From positions 719-64,718 of the forward strand of contig JAHFLD010000001.1 in NCBI GenBank assembly GCA_023245035.1: a stretch of 64,000 bases of DNA. The letters run 5' to 3'. This document shows, piece by piece, positions 26,762-37,157 of the stretch. The notes under the pieces were generated by a model. That model saw only the letters and a list, made by a program, of their open reading frames with translations. It was not told the origin of the DNA and did no database searches. Source of the DNA: Candidatus Harrisonbacteria bacterium (GTDB lineage: Bacteria; Patescibacteriota; Minisyncoccia; UBA6257; 1-14-0-10-40-38). Every line of letters begins with the position of its first letter. Positions within the stretch are counted from its first letter, which is position 1. Position numbers and translations under genes: made by a program.

Positions 26762-27826
26762 TTATTGCTTCGCGAGCGGATTGTGCGCCCCAATCACCTC
26801 CACGTGCACATGACATCCCGTCGTTCCTCGCACATTGCCGGTGTTTCCCATTTCGCCAATCAAAGTTCCTTTTTTGATATAATCGCCAACCTGAACTTTA
26901 GTTTTCTGCAGGTGAGCGTAACGGGTTGAAGTTTTGTTTGGATGCTCAATGCCCACCAACCCGCCATAGCCATAATTCCACTGTTGAGGACCCAGCACCT
27001 CGGAGACCAAACCCTCCGCCATCGCGTAAACCGGCGTGCCGCAGGCATTAGCCACATCAACCGCGTTATTAAAATGCACCTTGCCCCAATTGAATCCGGC
27101 CGCCGGCAAACCAAAATAGCCATCAAGGTTCGGCAATGGCCCGGAGGTGCCAACAACCGCTGTTCGCGGTGATCCGCCGGGAATAATCAACATATCGCCG
27201 GACGCTATCGGACCCCGCGCCAAACGAGCAACGTTCGTCGCCCTAACTTTGGCCTCATCAATTCCATAAGTCCGCGCGATCCCGGAAACTGTTTCACCTT
27301 CAGAAACCCGATGCAAAACACCCGCGACCGGAAGCACCAAAATCTCCTGACCGGGAATGAGTGAGCGCGAGCGAAGCGAGGAATTGGCCCACAAAAGAGT
27401 GTTGACCGAAATTTGAAACTGGGAAGCAATACCGGAAAGAGTGTCTCCCTTTTTAATAATATAATTTATAATGCCGTCTCTTAGCGGACTAAAACCGCCA
27501 GCCGGCCCGGTTGTAGTTAAAAGAGAATCGCCGTCGACCAACGTCATCTCGTCCAGTGGATCATGAAGATCGGCGGCATCGGGGTTAGCGAGTGTGCTAT
27601 CGTAAAAACCCGCCGGCGCCAAATTGTCGTGTTCAGCGGCCAATATCTCCGCCAACTCCGGACCACCGGCAACCTGACTGCTTCCCACCAAGGTTTCCGT
27701 CGAACCAAAAACCACATTAGCCGCGATCCCGGCTAAGAAAAAAACGACCGCTAGAACGGCTGATATGCTAAAATTATGGGGTTTTTTGAGTAGCGTACCA
27801 ATGTGGATCAAGATAGCACGAATCAT
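26762..27826 (-). CDS. Peptidase M23 family protein with two LysM domains and an N-terminal membrane anchor.
   Basis: LysM repeats (YIIKKGDTLSGIASQF..., HRVSEGETVSGIARTYGI...). M23 metallopeptidase motifs (HxxxD context, GEMGNTGNVRGTTGCHVHVEV). Start chosen at MIRAILIH (27826); the ORF track extends to 28018. Confidence 0.7.
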   Translation of the reverse strand: MIRAILIHIGTLLKKPHNFSISAVLAVVFFLAGIAANVVFGSTETLVGSSQVAGGPELAEILAAEHDNLAPAGFYDSTLANPDAADLHDPLDEMTLVDGDSLLTTTGPAGGFSPLRDGIINYIIKKGDTLSGIASQFQISVNTLLWANSSLRSRSLIPGQEILVLPVAGVLHRVSEGETVSGIARTYGIDEAKVRATNVARLARGPIASGDMLIIPGGSPRTAVVGTSGPLPNLDGYFGLPAAGFNWGKVHFNNAVDVANACGTPVYAMAEGLVSEVLGPQQWNYGYGGLVGIEHPNKTSTRYAHLQKTKVQVGDYIKKGTLIGEMGNTGNVRGTTGCHVHVEVIGAHNPLAKQ

Positions 27827-29639
27827 GTCCGACCTCAACCCCAAACAATCCCAAGCGGTCAACCACCCAAACGGCCCGCTCCTCATAATTGCCGGCGCCG
27901 GATCCGGCAAAACCAAGACCCTTACCGGCCGAGTGGCCCACCTGATTGAACGCGGCGTTCCTCCGGAAAGAATTATAGCCATAACTTTTACCAATAAGGC
28001 CGCCAAAGAAATGGCCAACCGCGTCCGAACGCTTCTCGCTTCGCGTTTAAATCAAAAAAAACAGCTCGCCATGCCATTTCTGGGAACCTTTCACGCCTTT
28101 GGCGCCCGACTTTTGCGTCAAGAAGCCCATCTTCTGGGACGCACGCCGGCCTATACCATTTTTGATGACGGCGACACCCTTAGTCTTATAAAAAACGTCC
28201 TGGCCAACCTCGGTCTAAGTCGCGAAAAGATGCCCCCGGCCAAAGCGTGTTACTTAATAGGTAAGATTAAAAACGAAATCAAGGATGACCTCGGCGAAGA
28301 TTCCATAATTCAAGCGGTATATGAAGCCTACGAAGAAGCTTTGCAAAAAAACAACGCCTTTGATTTTGAAGATTTAATAGAAAAACCCGTCCGCCTTTTT
28401 GAGCGCCACCCCGCGGTCAAAACTCGCCACCAAAACCTCTTTGACCACATCTTGGTAGACGAGTTCCAAGACACCAATCCGGCACAATATCGGCTTCTGC
28501 GCCACCTCGCTGAAAAACACCAGAACATCAGCGCGGTCGGGGACGACGCCCAAAGTATTTACCGTTTCCGCGGATCGGACTTCCGAAATTTTTTAAATTT
28601 CGAAAATGATTGGCGCGATGTTGCTGTGGTAACTTTGGACCAAAACTATCGCTCAACCGGCACTATTCTTAAAGCCGCCGGCGGTGTCATTGGTCACAAT
28701 ACTCTGCAAAAACCCAAAACTCTGTGGACCGAAAACGAAGCCGGGGAACCGATTACGGTCATTAAGACCATCAACTCGGAAGACGAGGCGGAAACCATCG
28801 GCGACGCCATTTGGAACACCATCCGCGCCGAAAGACATCTTCCTAAAAAAAGCGACGTTGCCATTCTCTACCGCACCAACGCCCAATCGCGGGCCATTGA
28901 ACAAGCGCTTATTGTCCGCAATATCAACTACGACGTCTTCGGCGGGCTCAAATTCTACGAGCGCAAAGAAATCAAAGACATTGTTGCCGGTCTCCGCTTG
29001 GCTCATAATCCCCAAGACTCGGTAAGTCGCGATCGCCTGCAGAAAACCTTCGGCAAACGAGCCGGTGAGCCGATTATCCAAGCCATGATTCAAAGCCCCA
29101 AGGGCGAACAGCCGGCAACCGCGATTGGACGCTTTGTTGATTCCTCAAGTTACGCCCGATACCTTCGGATCAAGTTTACCAATGCCGAAGATCGCTTGGA
29201 AAACGTCCGCGAATTAATCTCCTTTGCCGCCGGCTTTACTGAACTGGGAGACTTCTTGGCAAGAGTGTCTCTCCTTGAGGGCGGGGATGGCAAGGGAACG
29301 GGAGGCGAATCACAACAAGCTCAATTGGTGGGATCTCCCACCGTTCATTTGATGACCATTCACCTGGCCAAGGGCCTGGAATTTGATCGGGTGTTTGTGA
29401 TTGGCGCAAGCGAAGGCATCCTGCCGCACAATCGCTCGCTTACAAGCAACGACGAGCTGGAAGAGGAGCGGCGGCTCATGTATGTTGCCATCACCCGAGG
29501 CCGAAAAAAAGTGACGCTCTCTTTTTTTGGCTACCCTTCGCGCTTCCTCTACGAAATTCCCGGCGACGCGGTGGAATTTATTGATCACAGTGGACGTGGA
29601 ACAACACTCAACGAAGAAGCGATATATCTTGAAGAATAA
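27825..29639 (+). CDS. uvrD: UvrD/PcrA/Rep-family ATP-dependent DNA helicase.
   Basis: LNPKQSQAV...GPLLIIAGAGSGKT Walker A, DEFQDTN, and YRS/TG motifs. An alternative in-frame start lies at 27801. Confidence 0.85.
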   Translation: MSDLNPKQSQAVNHPNGPLLIIAGAGSGKTKTLTGRVAHLIERGVPPERIIAITFTNKAAKEMANRVRTLLASRLNQKKQLAMPFLGTFHAFGARLLRQEAHLLGRTPAYTIFDDGDTLSLIKNVLANLGLSREKMPPAKACYLIGKIKNEIKDDLGEDSIIQAVYEAYEEALQKNNAFDFEDLIEKPVRLFERHPAVKTRHQNLFDHILVDEFQDTNPAQYRLLRHLAEKHQNISAVGDDAQSIYRFRGSDFRNFLNFENDWRDVAVVTLDQNYRSTGTILKAAGGVIGHNTLQKPKTLWTENEAGEPITVIKTINSEDEAETIGDAIWNTIRAERHLPKKSDVAILYRTNAQSRAIEQALIVRNINYDVFGGLKFYERKEIKDIVAGLRLAHNPQDSVSRDRLQKTFGKRAGEPIIQAMIQSPKGEQPATAIGRFVDSSSYARYLRIKFTNAEDRLENVRELISFAAGFTELGDFLARVSLLEGGDGKGTGGESQQAQLVGSPTVHLMTIHLAKGLEFDRVFVIGASEGILPHNRSLTSNDELEEERRLMYVAITRGRKKVTLSFFGYPSRFLYEIPGDAVEFIDHSGRGTTLNEEAIYLEE

Positions 29640-29656
29640 TCAGACCACTGCCCAAC

Positions 29657-30478
29657 ATGCCGCGCCTCGGACAACATTTTCTAAAAAAAACTTCGGCGAC
29701 TAATACCATCGTCAACGCCCTCAACTTAAAAACCGGTGAAACGGTTATTGAAATCGGCCCCGGAACCGGCGTTCTTACCTGGCCGCTTCTCAAGCGCTGT
29801 AACGAGGTCCAAAGCCGGCTTATCGTAATTGAGCGCGACCCCAAACTCGCCGACGAATTGGCTGAAAAAAATTCAAACCTGAACCTAATCCGTGGCGACG
29901 CGCTTAAGGTAATTCCGCAAATACTAAAAAATCACAACAAAGAAGTGGGCCAAATGCCCGGGTCCCGCGCCAACTTTAAAGTTGTTGGCAACATTCCTTA
30001 CTACATCACCGGCGCCCTACTACGAATGCTGGGCGAATTGAACGAACCACCAATCCAAATAGTGATTATGATTCAAAAAGAAGTAGCCGAAAGATTGGTC
30101 GCCAAACCGCCACGAATGAACCTACTCGCCGCCGCAACCGGGTATTGGGCCGAATCCCAAATTTTAGAAACCCTCGCCCCGGAAGATTTTTCACCGCCAC
30201 CCAAAGTTTCCTCGGCAATAGTCTCTCTGCGAAGCAAGCCCCAAAAAACAACAGCCGAAAGAGAGGCTTATTACCGTTTTATTAAGGCCATCTTCCGTCA
30301 ACCACGAAAAACCATCCTCAATAACCTAAAATCCGCCTATGGCCAAAAAAAAGAGGAAGCAATCAAGGAAGTATTGCTTTCCCAGGGCCTAAGTGGTCTG
30401 GAACGACCACAAAACATCAGTCTGGAAATATTAACAGCTCTCTCAACTTGTGTTGCGCATATGCGCATAATAGAATAG
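29657..30478 (+). CDS. rsmA: 16S rRNA (adenine1518/1519-N6)-dimethyltransferase.
   Basis: LGQHFL N-terminus, (V)IEIGPGTGVLT SAM motif, and NIPY motif. Confidence 0.88.
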   Translation: MPRLGQHFLKKTSATNTIVNALNLKTGETVIEIGPGTGVLTWPLLKRCNEVQSRLIVIERDPKLADELAEKNSNLNLIRGDALKVIPQILKNHNKEVGQMPGSRANFKVVGNIPYYITGALLRMLGELNEPPIQIVIMIQKEVAERLVAKPPRMNLLAAATGYWAESQILETLAPEDFSPPPKVSSAIVSLRSKPQKTTAEREAYYRFIKAIFRQPRKTILNNLKSAYGQKKEEAIKEVLLSQGLSGLERPQNISLEILTALSTCVAHMRIIE

Positions 30479-30482
30479 AAGG

Positions 30483-30773
30483 GTGATCAAGCTTGCGGCG
30501 CTTTTACTGCTCGTGCTTGCTTCCTTTTTTGTGGTGCATCCAGCCCATGCGCTCTATTTTTTCGGCGGTAAAATCGTAGCCATCGCCCCGCCAGCTCCCT
30601 ACGGCCCTTGCTCGTCGGCTTCAATCTTTGTCGTTGGCCCCCGTCCCGGAGTTTTTATGCTTCCGCCCGGCATTCTTTATGCCTACCGCGCCATCCATGT
30701 CGGAGCGTTAGTTTTGGGTAGCGCCACCCAGGCCCAATGCGGCACTATTTTTTACATGGGAACCAGTTATTAA
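30483..30773 (+). CDS. Small secreted hypothetical protein (GTG start).
   Basis: Signal peptide MIKLAALLLLVLASFFVVHPAHA. 96 aa with two Cys. First gene of the T4SS-like block. Confidence 0.35.
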   Translation: MIKLAALLLLVLASFFVVHPAHALYFFGGKIVAIAPPAPYGPCSSASIFVVGPRPGVFMLPPGILYAYRAIHVGALVLGSATQAQCGTIFYMGTSY

Positions 30774-30788
30774 GCCTGTTTTACAACA

Positions 30789-31559
30789 ATGAAAAAACTG
30801 ATTGGAATTGCCATACTTCTCTCCTCGCTCGCGCTCGCCATTTTCATCCTGCGAGAAAATAAGCCCGTCGCCATAAACACCGAAGCGCAAACGCCATTCG
30901 AAACTCTGGCCTCAATTCCGGAAACTCTGCCCATAACTACAAAAATCGAAGCACCGGCCAAAGACGCGCTACCGGAAAAAAACATCACCCTTCAAGTCAG
31001 TCAGCAAATTGCCGAAGAGTTTTTGAAAAAAAATCCCAACGGCCCGGATCTGCTTTCCGGTGAAAATTTCGTGAACGCGATTGAACCGGAAAAATTGGTG
31101 GAAAATCTAGTTTCCGGCAAGCTTGGCGACGAAGCCCTGGCCGACTTCAATCCCGTTATTACCGCCACCGAATTAAACCTTATTCCCGCCAAAGATAAGG
31201 AGGCTTTGCGGGCCTATCTTGAAAAATTCAACGCCGTCATTCAAGACAACGCCGGCGGACTGAATGTTGATTTTTCCAATCCGACAGCCGAAGACTTTGA
31301 CCGCATCGTTCGTGTCGGTGAAAAAACCATCGCCGCCTTTTACGCCCTGCCAGTTCCACCACCCGTTATCAATATCCACAAAGAAGAACTGCGCTTGCTG
31401 ACCATCCAACGCAACATCTTCCGCAACATCAGCAACTACGCAAACGACCCGCTCCGCGCCTGGGTTTCTATTGAAATGTACCAACAAAATGAAAAGGAAT
31501 TCGCCGAATTAAAACAAAAAATCGCTGATTTCGTAAAAACCAACAACCTCGGCGTATGA
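30789..31559 (+). CDS. Hypothetical membrane-anchored protein.
   Basis: N-terminal transmembrane anchor; no recognised domain. Confidence 0.4.
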   Translation: MKKLIGIAILLSSLALAIFILRENKPVAINTEAQTPFETLASIPETLPITTKIEAPAKDALPEKNITLQVSQQIAEEFLKKNPNGPDLLSGENFVNAIEPEKLVENLVSGKLGDEALADFNPVITATELNLIPAKDKEALRAYLEKFNAVIQDNAGGLNVDFSNPTAEDFDRIVRVGEKTIAAFYALPVPPPVINIHKEELRLLTIQRNIFRNISNYANDPLRAWVSIEMYQQNEKEFAELKQKIADFVKTNNLGV

Positions 31560-33016
31560 AAACCAAATTCCTCAAAATCTCCGCCGGCTTCCTGACGCTT
31601 ATAATTTTGGCCAGCCAAGTATTGATTTCGCCCCCCAAAGCCCGCGCCATCGCCGCCGCCCCGCTTTCGGTGCCAACTTTTGAAACTAATCCGGTGGTGG
31701 TAACCGCGGTCTCTAGCGAAACTTCCCAAACCTTCTTTGAGTGGGCGCAAACCTTTGTTTTGGAAACTCTCAAAAAAAGAATTTTAGATATGATGGTTGA
31801 CCAAATCGTCGTCTGGATTCAAGGCGGCGGCAAACCAAAATTCATTACCAACTGGGGAGATTTTCTCGCCGAAGCCGGTAATGCCGCGGTGGGGGATCTG
31901 GCCAAAGAACTGGGGCTTGGCTTTCTCTGCTCGCCATTTAGTTTGCAAATTCAAATCGGTCTCCTGCCGGTTCAACGCTTTTCCAAAAGGGCGTCCTGCA
32001 CGCTGGATAAGATTGTCAGCAACATCAATGGTTTTTACGCCAACTTTAGGAACGGCGGCTGGATTGCCTACAGCTCCGCCTGGGAACCGCAAAACAATTT
32101 TGCCGGCGCCAGTCTGATTGTAGACGCCGAAGTCGCCCGGCGTCGAGAAAAAGCCGAATCAAGCGCCTACGCCGAAGCCCAAGCCGGACACGGCTTCCTC
32201 TCCACCAAAAAATGCGACAAAGATAAAAATGGTAAGGACATTGCAAGCACCTGCGTCATCACCACCCCGGGAGACACCATCGGCAACCTCGTATCGAAAG
32301 CTGTTGGTAGCGACATTGATTACATCTTGAGCGCCAAACAACTCTCTCAATATGTCGCCGCGATTTCCAACGCCCTCATCAATCGCTTAATCATTGAAGG
32401 CGTTAACGGCCTTCGCGGTCTCACCACCGCCGCCGCTCCGCAGGGCGGCGTGATTCCCCGAAGCGCCACCGGCAATTGCGCCGGCCTTCGTGGCGGATCG
32501 CTAAATGCCTGCCTCTCCTATGGTTCCAGCAACAACCTAAACGCCACCTCAACCTTAATCACTCAGATCAACCTCTCCCTTAATCCGCGCCTGGAAGCTC
32601 AAAACTCTTTTACTAATAGCATCAGCCAGCTTCAATCCTACGCGCAATCCTTGCAAGGATTCCTTAATACGCTAAACACCAGCAGCTGCCCCTTGCAAAG
32701 TCTCCGTGTTCAAAATGTCCAGACCGAAATCAGCTGGACAAGTAGCACCATCACCGACCTGCAAAACCAAAAAAATACCAATCAAACAACCATCGACAAC
32801 CTCAACCGGCTTCTCGCTCAAGTTCGCGCCCTGCCACCTAACAGCTGGCAACAAATTAGCGACCTCTCGGTTCAACTAAACTCACAACTCAATGCCGCCG
32901 ACGCCCAGACTGTTCTGCAGGGCGCCCAAAGTCAGTCAAACGACATCAGCTCTCGTATCAGCCAAAACACCCAAACCCTCGGTCAAAGCGCTACCCTTTG
33001 TAGTCTGGGCCAATAA
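31556..33016 (+). CDS. Hypothetical secreted protein with an Asn/Gln/Ser-rich C-terminus.
   Basis: Signal anchor and a low-complexity C-terminal half. Overlaps the previous gene by 4 nt. Confidence 0.4.
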   Translation: MKTKFLKISAGFLTLIILASQVLISPPKARAIAAAPLSVPTFETNPVVVTAVSSETSQTFFEWAQTFVLETLKKRILDMMVDQIVVWIQGGGKPKFITNWGDFLAEAGNAAVGDLAKELGLGFLCSPFSLQIQIGLLPVQRFSKRASCTLDKIVSNINGFYANFRNGGWIAYSSAWEPQNNFAGASLIVDAEVARRREKAESSAYAEAQAGHGFLSTKKCDKDKNGKDIASTCVITTPGDTIGNLVSKAVGSDIDYILSAKQLSQYVAAISNALINRLIIEGVNGLRGLTTAAAPQGGVIPRSATGNCAGLRGGSLNACLSYGSSNNLNATSTLITQINLSLNPRLEAQNSFTNSISQLQSYAQSLQGFLNTLNTSSCPLQSLRVQNVQTEISWTSSTITDLQNQKNTNQTTIDNLNRLLAQVRALPPNSWQQISDLSVQLNSQLNAADAQTVLQGAQSQSNDISSRISQNTQTLGQSATLCSLGQ

Positions 33017-33021
33017 ATAGT

Positions 33022-35148
33022 ATGAAAATCTTTTTTAAAAAAGTCGTTCTGCTCATCCCCTTGATCGCCATAGCCGGATCTTTAAGTCTTGGCCTCGCAA
33101 CGGCGCGAGCCCAATCTCAACAGCCAGCAATCCCGCCTCTCAACACTGGTCTTCCAAGCCCAACACAAGAAGCAAAAAGCTCTAGTGCCAACCTCGATTG
33201 TGGCTGGGGCAACATTGGAGACTGCTTCCTCGGTGGAATTAAAAATGTTTTCCTCGGAATTGCCTATGTTATCGGGCTTTTGGGTAGCAAGGTTTTGCAG
33301 CTTATGGCCGGTCTTTACAATTTCGCTATTCAGCAAAACTTTAAAATTCTGGAAAATGGCAACTTCATAATTAATGCCGGCTTCCGAACCTCACTCTCGG
33401 TTGTCAACCTCGGCTTTGTATTGGCCATAATTCTGATGGCCTTCAGTTGGATCTTGGGCATTGAAAGCTATAGCGGTAAAAAAATGCTCTTTAAATTAGT
33501 AACCGCGGCCTTACTGGTAAACTTTAGCCTGCTTATCGTCGGGGTTTTTCTGGATTTTAGCCACGTCATCGCCACCAGTTTTATCGGCGGAGATCCGGCA
33601 ACAACCATTGTTAAGACCTTTAATCCCCAAAAAATATTGGCCCTTAAAGATGGCGACTTCCGAAGTGGGAGTGATTTTTGGGTTGATTTAATGAGTCGCC
33701 TACAAACAAGCGTCTTTCAAGGAATTCTCACTTGGGTTATCGCCATTACCCTTGGAGGGCTCGCTATCATGGTCGTGGGGCGCTATATCATCTTAAGTAT
33801 TCTAATCGTCACCATGCCATTTGCTTGGTTGTTCACTGTTTTGCCCAAGTACGAAAAAATTCATAGTGAGTGGTGGTCAAAATTTTTAGGACAAGTCTTT
33901 TTCCTGCCCGCCGTAAGTTTTTTCGTCTATCTTGCGATTGGAACATATAGCAACATAGATCCATCTAAAGGCGGAATTGATCAGATCGCCTCTGCCTTTG
34001 AGCAAGGCAACTTCGTCAATAATTCATTCCAATATGCCCTTCAAACCATCGCCTTCGTCGCCCTGCTTTGGGGCGGCATGATCGCGGCCGCGAAAATTGG
34101 CGACAAGGCCGGCAGCGCCGGCATTGGTTTCGCCGGCTATCTTAAAAATACCGCGCTTGGTAAAAATAAAACCCTTAATAAAGGGCTCGCTGCTGGCGCC
34201 GCTGGAGCTGGAGTCGTTGCGGGAAAGGGAACCAGGGTCGGTCTCTCCAGACTATCTCGCAAAATTGGCCTAAGTGGAATCGCCGACCGCTTAAGCGGTG
34301 TTAGCAACAAAGACAAAGTTGAAACTTATCGAAAAGGCGCTTTTGGCAAGATGAACGACGAACAATTGCGTATTGCTGCCAAGAAGAGTTACCTGGACCC
34401 AGTGCATAAAGCCGCCCTGCTTGCCGAACTCACCGCCAAAAAGAAGCTGGATTATCTGCCAAAAGATAACTGGGAAGATTATGGTCGCGTCGCCATGGCT
34501 CAAAACCCCGGTACCTCGAGCAAGGACATTGAAGCTATCAAATTAATGGGAGAGAAGAACCCCGAGCTTGCCGGCAAACTTCTTACCGACACCGACATCA
34601 AGCGCGCCCTAGAGGAAGACGAAACAAAAACCCGTGACGCCGCCAAGAAGAGCGGTACCGCTTACACGCCCAAAACCAAAACCGAACAAGATGCGGTCAT
34701 TGAATCAGCTCGCCAAAAAGCCATTGTAAACGCCGCCAAAAAACTAGACGCCGAAAAAGCCAAAGACCTTTCCGAAGAGGCGCTTCGTAAAACCGCTATC
34801 GCCGGCAGCCTATCCGACGTTGCCGCCAAAGGTGTTATCCAAAGCGGCAACCTCAAAAAACTAAAAGCTCTTAAAGAAGGCTTGGAAGCGGTGAAAGATG
34901 GCGCTTCAGCCTCAGTTAAAGATGCTAAACACTATGACGACGAGCTCCGCGATCTCAAAAAACAGCTACAAGACGCCAAAGATCGCAACAATAATAACAA
35001 AATTGATGATATAAAAAACAAGCAAAAAGCTGCTGAAGAGAGAAAGAAATTACACATAGAAGCCATGGACGAAAAAGACCGTAATGATTTCCGGGCAATC
35101 AAGAACCTCCACACCATTGAACAAACCATTGCCGGTATTGACGACTAA
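33022..35148 (+). CDS. Polytopic membrane protein, VirB6/TrbL-like by topology (putative secretion-channel subunit) with a Lys/Ala/Asp-rich coiled-coil tail.
   Basis: Signal peptide, then at least 6 transmembrane segments, then a charged repetitive tail of about 300 aa. Position upstream of the PrgI/VirB3-like and VirB4 genes matches monoderm T4SS order. Assignment is by architecture only. Confidence 0.4.
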   Translation: MKIFFKKVVLLIPLIAIAGSLSLGLATARAQSQQPAIPPLNTGLPSPTQEAKSSSANLDCGWGNIGDCFLGGIKNVFLGIAYVIGLLGSKVLQLMAGLYNFAIQQNFKILENGNFIINAGFRTSLSVVNLGFVLAIILMAFSWILGIESYSGKKMLFKLVTAALLVNFSLLIVGVFLDFSHVIATSFIGGDPATTIVKTFNPQKILALKDGDFRSGSDFWVDLMSRLQTSVFQGILTWVIAITLGGLAIMVVGRYIILSILIVTMPFAWLFTVLPKYEKIHSEWWSKFLGQVFFLPAVSFFVYLAIGTYSNIDPSKGGIDQIASAFEQGNFVNNSFQYALQTIAFVALLWGGMIAAAKIGDKAGSAGIGFAGYLKNTALGKNKTLNKGLAAGAAGAGVVAGKGTRVGLSRLSRKIGLSGIADRLSGVSNKDKVETYRKGAFGKMNDEQLRIAAKKSYLDPVHKAALLAELTAKKKLDYLPKDNWEDYGRVAMAQNPGTSSKDIEAIKLMGEKNPELAGKLLTDTDIKRALEEDETKTRDAAKKSGTAYTPKTKTEQDAVIESARQKAIVNAAKKLDAEKAKDLSEEALRKTAIAGSLSDVAAKGVIQSGNLKKLKALKEGLEAVKDGASASVKDAKHYDDELRDLKKQLQDAKDRNNNNKIDDIKNKQKAAEERKKLHIEAMDEKDRNDFRAIKNLHTIEQTIAGIDD

Positions 35149-35154
35149 AAATCT

Positions 35155-35880
35155 ATGCCCGAAAACAGCCAACCACAAAACTCGTTTGAACGCCTGCCTT
35201 TTGGCATCCAACAGTTATTAACTTCGCCCCAAACCGTAGACGCCATAACCGAAATTAACGACTCGCGCGTCTCTCCGGAAAACGACGGCGTTATTCCGCG
35301 CCTTCTCCTGCGCTTGATGCTCAAAAAAATCTATCCGCAAAATTTCATCGCCGAGCTCCGCTCAAATCTCAATGTGGACGGCGAAACCGCGAGACTTATC
35401 GCGCGAGACCTGGTGAAATCCATTCTTGGCCCCGCCAAAGAAACCATCAAACGAGAGCTGGAAATTGACATTGGACTTATCGAACTCGGCGGCGAAGAAG
35501 CGATCCCCGACGCCGCTCTTTCTCCGGCTATCATCGCTCCCGAAGTCGCTAATCTGCCAAAATTCGCCCCAGAAACAAAAATACCAACAACCCCAATCGC
35601 CGAAATAACACCCACCCCAACAATCTACGACGGTGAGTCGCCACTCATCATCCACGAAGAAAAATCTCCGATTGTCGCCGGCGCCGAACCCGTCGTGCCA
35701 TCCTTTAACTACAAGCCCAAAGAAGAATCCTATTGGCGCTCCGCCGAACCAAAGCCCATCGCGGTTCGCGTCGAAACTCCCAAAAACGCCCTAGCCAATC
35801 CCGAACCAAAAAACCCTCGTCGGATCGTCCACTACAGCAATTTTAGAACACCCCTCAACGATGCGAACGATAAAAAATAA
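35155..35880 (+). CDS. Hypothetical Pro-rich protein.
   Basis: 241-aa ORF in operon context; no recognised domain. Confidence 0.35.
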   Translation: MPENSQPQNSFERLPFGIQQLLTSPQTVDAITEINDSRVSPENDGVIPRLLLRLMLKKIYPQNFIAELRSNLNVDGETARLIARDLVKSILGPAKETIKRELEIDIGLIELGGEEAIPDAALSPAIIAPEVANLPKFAPETKIPTTPIAEITPTPTIYDGESPLIIHEEKSPIVAGAEPVVPSFNYKPKEESYWRSAEPKPIAVRVETPKNALANPEPKNPRRIVHYSNFRTPLNDANDKK

Positions 35881-35883
35881 TTA

Positions 35884-36420
35884 GTGTCTCGCATCACCAC
35901 TATGCAATTCCAAGTCCCACAATTTATTGAGACCGAACCGAAAATCGTCGGCCCTTTGACGCTCAAGCAATTTGGCTTCATAGCTGTGGCTAGCATCGTG
36001 AGCTTCTTGTTGTTTTTTATCTTTGAAATCTGGCTTTGGCTGCTATTCACGGTCATCCTTGGTAGTATTGCCGCCGGTATGGCTTTTTTGAAATACGAAG
36101 GCCAACCCATGCCGCGCATTGTCGTGGCCGCCATCAGATACAAACTCTCGCCAAAACTTTACCTTTGGAAAAGCGACACTACCGCTCCCGGGTTGGCCAT
36201 GCCGCACATACCGGAAAATTTAATCCACAAGGGCAGGCGAACACCGCTTAAAGAACTTGCCGAAAAAATCGTCACCACTACCCACGCCATTGAAAAACGC
36301 GAGAAACCTCTGCACCCTTTTGATTTTTTGCACCTGCCAAACAAAATCCAAGAACGTTTTGAAGCGCTAAAAAAGACCACTGGTGAAAGAGAAATGGCTC
36401 GCCGCGTTGATTACCGCTAA
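35884..36420 (+). CDS. PrgI-family / VirB3-like small membrane protein.
   Basis: N-terminal (M)QFQVPQFIETEPKIVGPLTLKQF followed by two transmembrane helices, as in PrgI-family proteins that precede VirB4 in Gram-positive conjugation systems. Confidence 0.5.
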   Translation: MSRITTMQFQVPQFIETEPKIVGPLTLKQFGFIAVASIVSFLLFFIFEIWLWLLFTVILGSIAAGMAFLKYEGQPMPRIVVAAIRYKLSPKLYLWKSDTTAPGLAMPHIPENLIHKGRRTPLKELAEKIVTTTHAIEKREKPLHPFDFLHLPNKIQERFEALKKTTGEREMARRVDYR

Positions 36421-36470
36421 ACACCTCGTGGCACGGCCCGCCCGAACAAGATACAATTAAAGACAAACTC

Positions 36471-37157
36471 ATGGATGCTACCAATAAAACCCCAAACCCG
36501 GCTACCCAAGACTTCGTGGAAATCAAAGACGTCCGCCAGGGAGTGGTTATGTTAAAAAACGGGGGACTGCGCAAAATCGTCCTCGTTTCCGGCACCAACT
36601 TCGATCTAAAATCGGAGGAAGAACAGGGATTGATTTTAAGCGCCTTCCAAAATTTTTTAAACGGTTTGGATTTTAGTCTCCAGATTTTTATTCACTCCCG
36701 AAAACTCAACATTGAGCAATACTTGCAAAACCTTGGCCGGCGCTTGGAGCAAGAAACCAACGGTCTCCTCAAAAATCAAATTACCGAATATCGGGAATTT
36801 ATTCGAACCCTCGTGGCCGAAAACGCCATTATGAATAAAACCTATTTCGCGGTCATTCCTTACGACCCAATCCAAATCGCGGAAACCGGAAAAAAACTAG
36901 CCGGCAGCGTTTTGGGTCTTTTCAACAAAAAACCGGCGATCCCGGCAGACGATAGTCTAACCGAAGAAAAATTCTCCGAATATCTGGAACAGCTCAACCA
37001 GCGGGTGGAACAAGTGGTCAGCGGTCTTAACCAAGTTGGTTTGCGCGTAGTGCCTTTGGAGGGGGATGAGTTGACCGAACTTTTTTACAACCTCTACAAT
37101 CCCGGCGCCATCGAAAAAACCGACATCGAAACTTCCGCCATTAAAAAAACACCATGA
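36471..37157 (+). CDS. VirB4-family ATPase, N-terminal domain, encoded as a separate ORF.
   Basis: DFVEIKDVRQG...FDLKSEEEQ..ILSAFQNFLN...QI resembles the N-terminal domain of ConE/PrgJ-type VirB4. Stop overlaps the next ORF start (ATGA). Confidence 0.6.
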   Translation: MDATNKTPNPATQDFVEIKDVRQGVVMLKNGGLRKIVLVSGTNFDLKSEEEQGLILSAFQNFLNGLDFSLQIFIHSRKLNIEQYLQNLGRRLEQETNGLLKNQITEYREFIRTLVAENAIMNKTYFAVIPYDPIQIAETGKKLAGSVLGLFNKKPAIPADDSLTEEKFSEYLEQLNQRVEQVVSGLNQVGLRVVPLEGDELTELFYNLYNPGAIEKTDIETSAIKKTP

